Made by a program: the position numbers and the translations under genes
Notes under the pieces: model-generated
What the model was told of the DNA's origin: nothing
Databases searched by the model: none
What the model saw: only the letters and a program-made list of their open reading frames with translations
Assembly: GCA_965240325.2 (NCBI GenBank)
Contig: OZ251225.1
Location: 1,922,001-1,986,000, forward strand
Direction of reading: 5' to 3'
Length of the DNA: 64,000 bases
Source: Rebecca billardiae RCC1528
Lineage: Eukaryota > Protista > Haptophyta
In this document: positions 11,765-23,307 of the stretch, piece by piece
How the letters are laid out: the number at the start of each line of letters is the position of its first letter
Position numbering within the stretch: the first letter of the stretch is position 1

Positions 11765-13813
11765 ATGTGGGCGTGGGAGGTGGAGAGCGACTCCTCCGAA
11801 TGCAGCAACGCCCTTGAGGACGAGGACCTGCTCTCGATCTATCAGCTCTCGCTCAAGTCGACGAAGCAGGCGCGTATCGCCATCCGCAACCGCAACGCGC
11901 GCGCGCTGCAGGCACGGCGCGCACGAGCGCGGCCGCGCGAGCGCACCGAGCGCGCAGGCCGCAGGTCGAACTCGCGCTCGCCTCGCCCGCGCAAGCCGCG
12001 CTCCGCCGAGGAGGTGGCCGCCGTGCTCCCGGAGGAGCCGCTCGTGCTCGATGCGATCTTCCACGCGCTCACGGGCAACATGGCGGACCTGCTCGCCGCG
12101 GGCAGCGTGAGCAAGGCGTGGGCGCACGCGATGCAGTCGAACGAGCTGTGGCGCGAGGCCTGTTTCCGCCGGTGGCCGGCGCTCGCCGTGACGAAGCGCG
12201 CCATCCGCGACTGCCGCGACTTTGCGCGCCGGCTGAGCTCGCCGCACGCCGCGTTCCCTTCCGCCACCAAGCGGCTGCACGAGCTGGCCGACGCGTCGAC
12301 CGCGTTCCGCAAGCTCGCGAAGGGCGAGCACCCGGAGCGGGCCATCTTCGAGACCCGCCGGCTGCGCGAGGGCCGGCGCGGGCCGGTGCACCGCGACTTC
12401 TACTTCCTGCTGCAGCTGAGCGGCTTCCCGCTGCTCGCGCTGCACGGCATCGAGCGTCCCGAGTGGTCGTCAGAGCTGCACGCCGTGCTGGTGCCCGAGC
12501 TGAGCGACGAGGCGGTCGCGCGCGCGGGCGGGCTCGACGCGGAGCTCTTCGACCGGTGCACGCCCGGCTCCGCCGGCTGGACCAACCCCGCCGTCTCCCT
12601 GCACGTGCTGCGCAAGTGCGACGGGCGCGTGCTCGAGCTGGGCTGCTTTGACCACACGCTCCGCATGCCGAACGGCCAGGACGGCGACTTCCGCGGCGAC
12701 GGGCTCAACGTGGAGTACGAGCCTGACCTGGGCGACGACATGTACTGCGTGAACGCGATCAGCACGGCGCCCGTGTTCAGCTCCTCCTGCACGCTGAGCT
12801 ACTCGCTCGCCGACAGCCAGCTCGCGCGGTACGGCGCGCCGACCAACTGGCGCGTGCGCGCGCGGCCGCCCAACGTCGTGCGCGCGTACCGGCTGCACGC
12901 CAAGGGCGAGCTGGACCTGAAGATCCGGCTCGAGTTCGAGCGGTGCCGCTCGCGGGAGCTCATGGAAGCGGACGAGTTCCTCTGCGCGCTCGACTGGCTG
13001 CTCGACAACCCCGCCAAGCGCGTGCCTGCGGCGCAGCGCGCGCCGCGGCGCGCGCGCGCGCCGCGCACGCGCGCCGCCGCCAGACTGCTGCGCGCGAGCC
13101 CGCCGCCGGCCAGTAGCAGTGAGGACGAGGACGAGGAGGCGGCGGAGGCGGGGGCAGCGGCGGGCGTGGCTGCGCCGCCGGGCGCGGCAGCCCCCGCTCC
13201 TCGCGCAGCCGCCGAGGCCGCGCCTGCCGGCGCGGACGCCGAGGGCACGGAGGAGCCGTGGGAGATGCCGGAGACGGTCGAGGAGCTGATGGCGCAGACG
13301 CGCGCCTTCTTTGGCGACGTGAGTCGGCTCACGCGGTACGAGCTGGCCGACAAGATCCTCGACGTGATGCGCGAGGCGTGGGAGGCGGGGATGATCGACA
13401 TGGACGAGGAGGAGGCCGAGGCGATGATGGACACGATGCGCGCCACCATCACCTCCGCGTCCGCCGAGCGCATGTCGAGCATGTACGCGATGCTCGAGGC
13501 GCCGCCACAGGAGCACCTGCACGGCATGCTGCAGGTGAGCCGCGCCATCAACTCGGGGCGGATGAGCGAGTTCCAGGCGAGCCATCTGGCGGCGCAGCTC
13601 CTTCGCGCCGACGTGCGCGCGAACGGCGGCGCGGCCGAGCGCGAGGACGCACCCGCTGCCGCTGCTGAGGCGGGCGAGGAGGTCGATGGAGCCGACGAGG
13701 GCGACGAGCCCGTGCCTGGCGACTCCGATGACGGCTCCGGCGACAGCGAGTCCGCCGACTGCAGCGACACTGACGATGGCGGGGGGTCATCCCACGACGA
13801 CGAGTCATTATGA
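11765..13813 (+). CDS. F-box domain protein with acidic C-terminus
   Basis: LPEEPLVLDAIFHAL...LLAAGSVSKAW...SNELWREACFRRWP. Real start likely ATG 11765; the upstream part of the tracked ORF is antisense to ARL16. Confidence 0.75.
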   Translation: MWAWEVESDSSECSNALEDEDLLSIYQLSLKSTKQARIAIRNRNARALQARRARARPRERTERAGRRSNSRSPRPRKPRSAEEVAAVLPEEPLVLDAIFHALTGNMADLLAAGSVSKAWAHAMQSNELWREACFRRWPALAVTKRAIRDCRDFARRLSSPHAAFPSATKRLHELADASTAFRKLAKGEHPERAIFETRRLREGRRGPVHRDFYFLLQLSGFPLLALHGIERPEWSSELHAVLVPELSDEAVARAGGLDAELFDRCTPGSAGWTNPAVSLHVLRKCDGRVLELGCFDHTLRMPNGQDGDFRGDGLNVEYEPDLGDDMYCVNAISTAPVFSSSCTLSYSLADSQLARYGAPTNWRVRARPPNVVRAYRLHAKGELDLKIRLEFERCRSRELMEADEFLCALDWLLDNPAKRVPAAQRAPRRARAPRTRAAARLLRASPPPASSSEDEDEEAAEAGAAAGVAAPPGAAAPAPRAAAEAAPAGADAEGTEEPWEMPETVEELMAQTRAFFGDVSRLTRYELADKILDVMREAWEAGMIDMDEEEAEAMMDTMRATITSASAERMSSMYAMLEAPPQEHLHGMLQVSRAINSGRMSEFQASHLAAQLLRADVRANGGAAEREDAPAAAAEAGEEVDGADEGDEPVPGDSDDGSGDSESADCSDTDDGGGSSHDDESL

Positions 13814-14239
13814 AGATAACACCGAATGTGATGGCGGAGGATGACGGGTCCTGAGAGTACGCAGATACATGGAGCGGAGTAGGAGCGCCATGATGAGCAT
13901 CGGGATGGCACACAGTACTCAGTAGCAGCGGCGCCGCCCACTACTAGTACTACTCGTACGATCACGGTCATCGCCGGTCGGGATGCCCGCCCAGCGATGA
14001 CTCGTTGCTGCCAGCGGATGATCCCTAAATATACCAGACAAGTCGCGAAAAACAATACTTCTTCGCAACGCGCGGCGCGCGCCATCCTGCACAACGCTCC
14101 GCCGCGCCCGGCGGCGGCGGAGGCGCCCAGCCGCCAGCCAAGCTCGCCTCTCCGGACGAGCCCGGCGCTCGAGAAGCGGCAAAGGAGAGCACCACCTCCC
14201 TCGGGCCGCGAACGTGACCGGCCTGCTCCTCGCGCGGCG

Positions 14240-16078
14240 ATGCCGTGGGGGCTGGTCTGCCCGGATGGGACGTGCGCCGACGACAAGATGTGCCTGTGCG
14301 AGACGATGAACTACAACGCGTTCCGCTGCGAGCAGTGGCTCTGCACGACCAACACCGCGTACGCGAAGGAGTGGGGCAAGGTGTGGATGATGGTCGGCCT
14401 GCTGCTCTGCTCAGTCTCGCTGGGCCTGGGCAGGGTGGCGTTCAGGCGGCTCAAGGCCGAGCTGATCCAGCTGCGCGAGCGCGGCGCGCTCGACTGGCGG
14501 CGCACCTCCAACCTGATGGCGATGGCCGTCCTCGGCGCCGAGTTTGTCCAGCTGTGGGGCATGACGATGAACTCCTCGCTGCCATGGAACAAGAGCGTCC
14601 AGCCGATCCAGATCGCGCTGGACGACGTGGTGTTCGTGCTGCCCACGAAGGCTCGCTGGTTCGTCAACTTCTACTTCACGATGGCCGTGCTCGCCGCCTT
14701 CCTGCCGGTGATTGGCTCGCTCTCCAACCCGCGTGAGACGTTCAATCGGTGCACGGGCAAGACGGCCGCCGACCGGCGCGCGGCCGCGGAGGCGGAGGAG
14801 GCGGCGAAGCAGCGGCGGGAGGAGGAGGGGGGCGCGCCGGCGGAGGAGGAGGGGGCCGAGGAGGAGGGCGAGGAGGAGGGCGAGGAGGGCGCGCCGGCCG
14901 CGGAGCCGACGGCCGCGGCCAAGTGCCTGGCTCGGTTCAAGCAGGTCACCTCGCTCATCACCACTGTCGCCTATGTGCCTGTGCTCACTGCGATCTTCAA
15001 GATGGTGCGCTGCACGGAGTGGCAGGGCATGTACTACCTGGACATCCTGTGCGACTACGCGATGCCCAACTCGGACCCGCCCGCCGGCGTCGCCGGCGTC
15101 GCCGGCGTTGCGGGCGTCGAGAGCGTGCCAGATGCCGACGGCAACTGGACCCGCGCGTCGGCCGCGGCAGACGCGCATGCTGCGGACCACCCGAGCGCTG
15201 CGAGCGGGCACATGCTCACCGGCCCGCAGCTCGTGTCGTGCGCCGACTCGTACCTGTGCTACACGGGGACGCACGACGCGCTGATCGCGACCGCGCTCAT
15301 CGCGTTCGTCCTCTACTTCCCCTTCTGCTGCATCATGCAGCCGGTCGAGCACTTTGAGGACACCAACCTGCAGATTAAGTTTGCGCCCAACCTGCTGCTG
15401 CTGATCGCGATCGCGAAGATGTTCCAGGTGGCCGTGCACGTCTTCTTCTCGAACTGGACGTACCTGACCACGTTCATCGTCTTCCTGAGCAACGGCTTCC
15501 TCGCCGTCGCGACCATCACGCGCAAGAACGCGTGCAGCGTGCGAGCGATCGCGCTGCTGCGCACCGCGTCTTTTGCCGGTGCCGCGTGGTCGGCGCTGTG
15601 CGCGATGATTGCCGTCCTCATCCGCGAGCAGAACAAGAGGCACAACCTGGACAACGACTCGGACGAGGTCGTGCCGGTGCTGCTGCTCTTTGGCGGCTTC
15701 ATGATGCTGTTCGGCTGGCTGGTGGTCAAGGTGAGCAACGAGGAGGCGGCGCGTAAGTACCTGCAGATGATCGAGGAGCGCGGGCGCCGCGCGATTGGTC
15801 AGAGCCGCGACGACCTGCCGCGCAGCCCCGGAGCGGCCGAGGGCGATCGGCCGCGCTCTGGCTCGAAGCCATCGCGCTGGGCGCAGGCGTCGACAGCCAT
15901 GCGCGCGCTCGGGAGGCTCAAAGGCGGCGGCAAGAGCGCGACGCCGTCGAGTCGAACGAGCAATAACAAGCGCAACGGCGCTGGGAAGGGTCCCCCGCCC
16001 TCGCCGCCAAAACGCGCGGCCGCGGCCGCTTCGGAGCCCGCAGGCACAGACGCTGCCGTCGCATCCCAGCTGCAATGA
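14240..16078 (+). CDS. Multi-pass membrane protein (protist 7TM/TRP-C-like), unknown function
   Basis: Cys-rich N-terminus, about 9 hydrophobic segments, YVPVLTAIFKMVRC and CYTGTH motifs, strong GC3 bias. Confidence 0.75.
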   Translation: MPWGLVCPDGTCADDKMCLCETMNYNAFRCEQWLCTTNTAYAKEWGKVWMMVGLLLCSVSLGLGRVAFRRLKAELIQLRERGALDWRRTSNLMAMAVLGAEFVQLWGMTMNSSLPWNKSVQPIQIALDDVVFVLPTKARWFVNFYFTMAVLAAFLPVIGSLSNPRETFNRCTGKTAADRRAAAEAEEAAKQRREEEGGAPAEEEGAEEEGEEEGEEGAPAAEPTAAAKCLARFKQVTSLITTVAYVPVLTAIFKMVRCTEWQGMYYLDILCDYAMPNSDPPAGVAGVAGVAGVESVPDADGNWTRASAAADAHAADHPSAASGHMLTGPQLVSCADSYLCYTGTHDALIATALIAFVLYFPFCCIMQPVEHFEDTNLQIKFAPNLLLLIAIAKMFQVAVHVFFSNWTYLTTFIVFLSNGFLAVATITRKNACSVRAIALLRTASFAGAAWSALCAMIAVLIREQNKRHNLDNDSDEVVPVLLLFGGFMMLFGWLVVKVSNEEAARKYLQMIEERGRRAIGQSRDDLPRSPGAAEGDRPRSGSKPSRWAQASTAMRALGRLKGGGKSATPSSRTSNNKRNGAGKGPPPSPPKRAAAAASEPAGTDAAVASQLQ

Positions 16079-16813
16079 CGCACGTTGCGCCGCGCTCGCG
16101 GTGCCCTGTCAGCCCATGCGTACGACGCGCCTCTAGCTGCTGTCACGGCTGTATTTCAAAGGATACGCTACTGTACAGTAGGAGTGGCTGCTAATTTCCG
16201 TTACTACGCGGCGACTGACTCTGCTGACTTAGACTAATAACGACTAAGCCAAGTGCTGATGAGTACTGCTGCTGTGTGAGTGTGCATCAAAGTTAATGAA
16301 TAATGTCCGTGTCGTCGGCCCTCGTCGGGCGGCTAACCGACACTACTCAGTACTAGCTCAGCAGTAGAGTGAAGAACCGCGAGCAGTACTACGACAGTCA
16401 CCGGTAATCCGCGCCGCAGAAATCCAGCGTAGAATGCCGGCGCCGGCGGTGCTGGCTCAGTGGCTGGCAACCCGCGCCAGGCGCCAACTGTGCCGGCTCT
16501 GGGGGTGGCGGGACCGGCGCGGTTCCTGACAGACAGCAGTGAGCAGGCTGAACGGCTAGCAGTAGCTAGCTATACATTCGGTCGTACTACGACTCCGGAC
16601 TGCAGACGACTAATGCTGCCAGCATATAAATTGTCGTCGTAGTATTTATACGGCGCCTTATTAGCCACGGTTTGGCCCGTTTATTCGGGCCGTTAGCGTC
16701 GCGGGTAACCGGTGCCATCGTCAAGTCCGACTCCGTCCGAATCTGAATCGTCATCGGGACGGATAATTCGGGACCGCTACGGACAGTCGGACTATGACAA
16801 TAACTAGTAACTG

Positions 16814-16983
<170 letters not shown>

Positions 16984-17412
16984 AGCTCCGTCTCTCTCTC
17001 TCGTCTCTCATTCTCTCTCTCTCTCGCTCTCTACGCAAGTACCGCGAGTAGCATGTATTACGCCCTACTCGATCTGCATCAATTAGTAGACACTATATCC
17101 GATCGGGTTATTATATTACTACGATGACTAGAGCTCTCTCTCTCTCTCTCTATATTCATCGCGGTCGTGTATAATCCGCAGCACTCGCGGAGTCGGACCG
17201 TATCCTGACTCAGGTCAACAGTGTCGATGTCGTCTGGAGACCCTGACCGGACCGCGGCCCCGGCCGCCCGGGACGGCGACCGGACCGAGCTGTGAGTCAC
17301 TTATTCCGGACAGCAACTCCAATCCTGCCGCGCAGCCGCCATCGCAGCAAGGAGTCCTCGTCTGACTTAAATTAGTTCTGCCGCCCAGCGGACAGCTCCA
17401 GGCCAGTCGGGC

Positions 17413-17878
17413 CTATGGGGGCAGGCCGACGATCTTCGACGTGAGCTCCCACATCTTCACCGCCTTGCCCCCGTCCCTGACCTCCTCGGACACCTGGTTC
17501 TCGAAGACCTCGCCACCAGAGCCGCCTGCGCCGCACGTCCGCCGAGGGCGCGCAAAGCGATCAGTGGGCGCGCGGGCGGGCCTGTCGCAGCTCGGCGCGC
17601 GGCGAGCGCGCGGCGGGCGCGCACCGGTGCCGCGTGGACGGCCCTTCTCGTCCTTCGAGAGCGCGAGCTGCTGCGCGCTGCCGTTCCAACTCCAGTACAC
17701 GCCCGATTTCTTCGTCTTCTCGTCCGTGATGCACTGCGGCCGAGAGCGAGCGCGCCGCGCGTGCGAGGCAGACGGGAGCCGGGTGTCAGGGGGCGGCGGG
17801 CGGAGCGAGGCAGGGCGCAGCGTGTGCGTCTGGCTGGCGCACGAGCGAGGGCGGGGGCGCGCGGCGCGGGCGCCGAGA

Positions 17879-17910
<32 letters not shown>

Positions 17911-18937
17911 CCTGCGCGAGCCGGTCGCCCGCCTCCTCCTCCGAGACGTACCCGCCCGTCACGTACTTCATGAAGAGCGGGAAGATCTTGCGGAACCAGC
18001 CGCGCTTCTCGCGGAAGAGTGGCGTGTCGGCGATGCAGCCGGGGTACATGGTGCTGAAGGTGATGCCGGTGGAGTCGTGGTACCGCCGGTGGAGCTCGTA
18101 CATCGTCATCATGTTGCACACCTTCGAGTCCTTGTACGCCTTCGCGCCGAAGAAGTTGTTCCCGTCCGCCATCTCGACAAACCGCGCGCCCTGCGCCAGC
18201 TGCTCGAGGCCGCTCAGGTCGCCGAGGTCGGCGCGCGGGTACACGAGCCCGCCGCCGATGGTGTTGGTGTTGCCCGTGATCGAGCCCACGATGATGCAGC
18301 GCGGGTCCGACGCGCCCTTCAGGTCGTCGATCAGTAGCCGCGCGAGCAGGAAGTGCCCGACGTGGTTGATGCCCATCGACTGCTCGATGCCGTCATCGGT
18401 GAACCGCGGCTTCGGGTCGGTGGGCAGGTAGACGGCGGCGTTGCAGATGAGGTAGTCGAGCGGCCGGCCGACCTTGAATGCGCGCAGGTTCTGCACAAAG
18501 TCGCGCACCGACTGCAGGTTGCCCAGCTCCAGCTTCAGCACCGCGATCGAGCTCATGTCCAGGCCCTCCCGCTCCGCCACCTGCCGCATCTTGTTCGTGT
18601 CGCGCACCGCGCACACGACAAAGTAGTTCTTCTGCTTGAGCAGCGACTTGAGCGTGGCGAGGCCGAGGCCCGACGACGCCCCCGTCAGCACCACCAGCTT
18701 GCGAAGGCCGATCTTGATGCCGCCCAGCACCTTGGGCAGCTCCGGGCTGGTGTAGAGCGGCACACTCTGCGCCGGCGGCGGCGAGACCGCGACCGAGACC
18801 GGCGCGGCGCGCGCGACGGAGGCGGCGCCCCGCGCGACGTCGACCACACGGGAGGTCCGCACGCGCGACGGCGCGGTCCAGCAGCCCGCGAGCTGCGCGG
18901 CGACGAGGACGAGAAGCGCGGTGCGGAGCGCGGTCAT
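17413..18937 (-). CDS. POR: Light-dependent NADPH:protochlorophyllide oxidoreductase, plastid-targeted
   Basis: TGASSGLG, CNAAVYLP, YKDSKVCN, YPGCIADTPLFRE, SGVYWSWN. Exons 18937-17912, 17733-17625, 17525-17413 (GT-AG). Signal peptide ending AGC|WTAP followed by a basic transit-like region. Confidence 0.96.
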
Positions 18938-19143
18938 TGCTGCTGACGTCTGGACGTCGCGGGTTACGGCCGCGTGGCAGGCAGTCATTAGATTCTGATA
19001 CAAGAATCTAATGAAGCGGGTTAGCGGGTTTCGTCACGAAGCCGTCCATCTGGCCGAGCCGAGATCGCTTTTACTTGCCGCCATTTCATTGATATGGGGG
19101 TAGTACTCATCTGATTACATTAGTACTGACTAAGACTAGGAGC

Positions 19144-20901
19144 CTACGGTGCATCCTCGCCCCTCATCATGGCCGCATACACGCGCTGGTCGTCGGCCAT
19201 CTTGAGGAAGACAGCGTACTTGCGCTCGTGGAACCGGCGCACCTCCGCATCGCGCGTCGGCTCGACTGCAGCCGAGGGCGGCGGCGTCATCGCGCGCATG
19301 GCATCCTCCACGGTGGGTTGCTCGCCGGCAGCCACCGCGGCGAGGATGGCCGTGCCGAGCAGGCAGCCGTTCGCCTCGGCGGAGCTGAGCACCGTGCACC
19401 CGGTGCAGTCGGCGAGCAGCGTGCGGAACAGCGCGCTCGAGGCGAGACCCCCCGAGCACACGAGCGTGCGCACGGCCGGCGCGCGCTCGCCGCCCGCGCC
19501 CGTCGCGCCATCAATCGCCGCCAGAATGTGGCGCAGCTGGTAGCACAGCGCGAGCAGCACGCTGAGATGCAGCCGCGCCAGCCCGTCCACCGAGGCGTCC
19601 GCGAGCGTGAGCCCGACCGCTGCCGCGCACATCTGCGCGTCCGCCAGCGGCGAGCGGTTGCCAGAGATGTCCGGATAAAAGTGCAGGGCGCCGCACAGCA
19701 GGGCGAGCCGCGACGCGTCGGCGCCGAGGCCGCGCTCGCGCGCGAGCGCGCGCAGCCGCTGCTCGACGAGCGGAGCGATCGCGCTCACCGGAGCGTCAGC
19801 GGGGAGCCCGTGCTCCGAGCGAAGCTCCGCCGACGCCGCGTGCGAGCCGAGCACGTGCTCGACCAGCTCACCCGACGCCGACTGCCCGCCCTCCAGCAGC
19901 GAAAAGCCTGGGACGCTGGCATCCTGGTACGGGCCCCACAGGCCGCGCACAAACCGGGGCGCGCGCGACAGCGCCATCACGCACGTGCTCGTGCCGCCGA
20001 TGATGGCCGCCGCGCCCTCGAGCGACGGCGTCGCGCCCAGGCAGCCGATGCTCCCGGCGTGCGCGTCGATGGCGCCCGCCGAGACGGGGATGCCCGCGCG
20101 CAGGCCGCCGAGGGCCGCCGCAGCCTCTGCGCACAGCGCACCCGCCGCGCTGCCGAGCGGCTGCGCCTCTGCGCCACCGATGCGCCCGTGCCCACCGTCG
20201 CACAGCTCGGCGAGGCCAACCTGGCGCAGGAAGCCGTCATCCCACCCCGACCCTGCGGCACCGTCGCCGCCGTAGTTCCACTTGCAACGGAGCGTGCAGG
20301 CGGAGCGCGGCGGCAGCGGCGCTGAGGCGCTCTCGGCGCCGTCGCGCCCGAGCGCGCGCGCGACCAGCCAGTCAGCCAGGTCGAAGAAGTGGAGCGCGCG
20401 CGAGAAGGTGTTCGGCCGGTGCCGCTTCAGCCAGAGCAGCTTGCCCATCTGCATCTCCGGGCTCACCTGCCCGCCCACCGTGCGCAGAGCCGCGTGCCGC
20501 GTCTCGTTCACCTCGGTCGCCTCCTCGCGCGCACGGTGGCACAGCCAGAGGATCACGTCGTGCACGTCGCCGGGAGGAGGAGGGCCTCCGACGGCGAGAT
20601 CTGGCGTGTCGGGGGAGACGGAGAGCCCGGGCCCCACGACGAGGGAGCACGTCGCGTCGAAGCCGAGCGCGACCACATCGACACCCTGCACGCGGCGCGT
20701 GCACGCCGAGCATGCGGCCATGACAGCGCGCCAGATTTCTGTCGAGCTCTGCTCGTACATGCCGGGCGCCGGGCGATGTATGGCGATTGACTCCGTGGCG
20801 ATGTCACCCACGCGCTCCCCGCTCTTGACGGCGAAGAGTGCCGCCCGAACTGACCTGGTCCCCACGTCGACGGCGAGAGAGCACCGCGTCGCGCCCGCCA
20901 T
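19144..20901 (-). CDS. FGGY-family carbohydrate (pentulose/ribulo) kinase
   Basis: VDVGTRSVRA, GFDATCSLV, SPEM, IDAHAG, GTSTC, EGGQSASG, GNRSPLAD; intronless. Confidence 0.93.
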   Translation of the reverse strand: MAGATRCSLAVDVGTRSVRAALFAVKSGERVGDIATESIAIHRPAPGMYEQSSTEIWRAVMAACSACTRRVQGVDVVALGFDATCSLVVGPGLSVSPDTPDLAVGGPPPPGDVHDVILWLCHRAREEATEVNETRHAALRTVGGQVSPEMQMGKLLWLKRHRPNTFSRALHFFDLADWLVARALGRDGAESASAPLPPRSACTLRCKWNYGGDGAAGSGWDDGFLRQVGLAELCDGGHGRIGGAEAQPLGSAAGALCAEAAAALGGLRAGIPVSAGAIDAHAGSIGCLGATPSLEGAAAIIGGTSTCVMALSRAPRFVRGLWGPYQDASVPGFSLLEGGQSASGELVEHVLGSHAASAELRSEHGLPADAPVSAIAPLVEQRLRALARERGLGADASRLALLCGALHFYPDISGNRSPLADAQMCAAAVGLTLADASVDGLARLHLSVLLALCYQLRHILAAIDGATGAGGERAPAVRTLVCSGGLASSALFRTLLADCTGCTVLSSAEANGCLLGTAILAAVAAGEQPTVEDAMRAMTPPPSAAVEPTRDAEVRRFHERKYAVFLKMADDQRVYAAMMRGEDAP

Positions 20902-21039
20902 GATGCCCAGCAGCGCTACCTGACGCAAAAAATGCAAAAGTACCCGTGCGTTCACCCGTGCACGATGGGGGTAGATACACCGGTGGCTGGTACGCACCCA
21001 GCCGCCCTGCTCCCGGACTCAGACATTATAAGCTAACTA

Positions 21040-21321
21040 CAAGTACCTCTTCCAGTCCTCCGTGAACTCCGTCCAGGGGCGCTCCCGGGCCCCTGCTACG
21101 GCCCTTGCCCCTGCCACACCAAGGCCCTTGCCCTTGGCCACACGCGGCCTGAATATTTCAGAATAAGCAGCACTCCCGGGCGGCCCTGACCCAGACTGTC
21201 CGCGTGTCCCAGTGGCAGTTGTAACTTGTAAAGTCCCCTTTGTAACGGGCACCGGGTGATCAGACTGGCCGGGCCGAAGCCTCCAGCCCTACCCTGGCCA
21301 GCCCCCAACCAACCACCACCC
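21040..21321 (-). mobile_element. Family B variant (LINE-like 3' region) with a different, longer 3' extension
   Basis: 21232-21321 matches the B core (GGGTGATCAGACTGG...CAACCAACCACCACCC); left boundary uncertain. Confidence 0.6.
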
Positions 21322-21805
21322 GACCGTGGACCCTCCGGGAGTCCGGGGTCCGATCGGGGGGCATTGCTAGTGCTAGCGCGCGGACTATCTAATTAGTTAA
21401 TGAACAGTGGGCGCGGCTCAGTGAAATTACACAGATGCCGATGTCGATTGTCGTGAGATGACATGAGATTCATGAGATGAGTGATCGGATGAGGGATTCA
21501 GGGTCAGCCCGCCATTTGATGGCATCTCAAATGTTCATTGTAATACTAACTATGAGAACACCGTTTACCGCGGCGGTCATTCTAATTTGATTAACTACTT
21601 TAAAAACGAGTGGGCGCGTACTTCTAGCCGGATCGGTAACCCCGGACGGAGTGTCACGGATGACAGTGCAGGCTTCAGTGACTCAGTCAGTCACTCAGTG
21701 TCACTCAGTGTGCGCCTACGGCTGCAGACGTAGTCCTAAGGCGGTCCGAAGCGCCTGCCTGACTAACTAGTGAGTAGTGCCTGCTAGTCTAGTGAATTCA
21801 TCAGC

Positions 21806-22065
21806 TCATGGCGAGCTCGCTGGTACCTGGGACCACCCCACAGTGTTGCCACAGGCTTGTATGCTGTCGGCAATGGCATACCCCCGCCCCCTCTGGAGGC
21901 GGGCTGTCCACAGCGGAGTGGTGTCAAGGCACTTGGTGTATCGGTCAGTGGTTTGAGGTTGGGTGAGGGTGGTGGTTGGTTGGGGGCTGGCCAGGGTAGG
22001 GCTGGAGGCTTCGGCCGCCAGTCTGATCACCCGGAGCCCGTTATATAAAGGGGAATTTTAAAACA
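21806..22065 (+). mobile_element. Family B, 5'-truncated LINE-like 3' end
   Basis: Matches ~47182-47410 in reverse; possible TSD TCATCAGC at 21798-21805 and 22066-22073. Confidence 0.75.
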
Positions 22066-22334
22066 TCATCAGCCAGACGATCGTCGCACTCGCATATTTG
22101 ACACGACTCAGTCACGAGTGCCCGCCGAGGAGTACCGGATGCAGTGCCGTGCATCCGCCGTGCCGTCTGGCCCGGGGATCTCAGTGTTTTCATATAATAA
22201 TTTAATCAGCATCATGTATAATATAATCACATCGCGATGATAATAAATAAAAATTCAAAATATTATAATATATGACTGCTAGCTTACTGCTTAGGAGCTA
22301 AATTAAAAATAGCTAGACTGCCGTCGAGCATGCC

Positions 22335-23228
22335 TTATTCGCGCGACGCGGAGCCGCGGACGAGTTCAGGGTTCGAGGCTGAGCCTGTCGTGAACTCATT
22401 GCGAATGTCTTGCATGCGCCGATTGTACGCGTTCCACCAATGGGGTACGTCGTCGAGACTTGCATCGAGCGGCGTGTGTGGGATGCCAGCCAGTGCCCAC
22501 ACCATCGCACGCGCCTCGCGGGGAGATGCGACGACGTTGGCGAACGGTACTTCGAGCCAGGGAGTATGGTTCGCAAGCGCACTGCGCGCCCATGCGTACC
22601 ATTTGCGTTGCGCGCGCGCAAACTTTCGCGACGCATTCGCGGGATCGCATGGCGGGCGCACTCGCCTGGTCCGGTTTTCGAACTGCGTATGCTCGCTCGG
22701 ATAGTGGCCCCAGTCGTTCGTGCGAAACGCCCACTCCCGTGAGCACTCGACCTGCGCTGCGGGCCGTTCCACGACCACAAAGCGCGCCCCTTTGAGCTGC
22801 GCGAGCTCTGGAAGGAGTGTGATCGACGACATGCTATTGCGGAATAATTTGATGACCACGGTGCACTGCTGCGCGCATGCGCTGTTGGCCGCGAGTTTGC
22901 TGTAGCCCTGGCAAAGAGCACGGCGCGTGCCGAGCAGCCGTTCCGACGGAGGTCGCGATAGGTCGGAGTAGAGCTCGGGCACGATGTGCTGAGCGACGGC
23001 GCGCGGATGATCCCTGCGGTGCTCAACGAAGACAGGGTTGAAGAACTCGTCGAGCCCGATCACGCATGGATGGTACTGCAGCGCCGTCATGAAGGTTGTG
23101 GTGCCCACGCGCATCGCCCCGACGAGAACGATGATGTCCGCAGAAGGCAAAGGCGAGCGAGAGGACGTGGAAGGCGCCAGCAACACCGCAAGCGAGAGCC
23201 ATCGTGCACAAGTCGCTTGCCTCGCCAT
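22335..23228 (-). CDS. Sulfotransferase (P-loop/Stf0-like) with N-terminal signal or anchor
   Basis: 5'-PSB-like loop GAMRVGTT followed by LQYHP...EFF; 3'-PB-like FVVVERP...S; start uncertain (23228, ~23255 or 23336). Confidence 0.75.
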   Translation of the reverse strand: MARQATCARWLSLAVLLAPSTSSRSPLPSADIIVLVGAMRVGTTTFMTALQYHPCVIGLDEFFNPVFVEHRRDHPRAVAQHIVPELYSDLSRPPSERLLGTRRALCQGYSKLAANSACAQQCTVVIKLFRNSMSSITLLPELAQLKGARFVVVERPAAQVECSREWAFRTNDWGHYPSEHTQFENRTRRVRPPCDPANASRKFARAQRKWYAWARSALANHTPWLEVPFANVVASPREARAMVWALAGIPHTPLDASLDDVPHWWNAYNRRMQDIRNEFTTGSASNPELVRGSASRE

Positions 23229-23307
23229 CCCTCGCCGGAGTGTCCGAGCTACCATTATTAAGCCTGCGCTGGCGAGCCCTGAGAACGAGCTACTATGGCA
23301 CTTTGAT

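Noticed and set aside
17878-17911. (GTGC)n run at the POR intron donor
   Set aside because: Simple slippage of the common GTGCG donor; no evidence of function
21232-22058. MITE formed by two inverted family B copies
   Set aside because: Copies have different extents and one has its own candidate TSD; independent insertions
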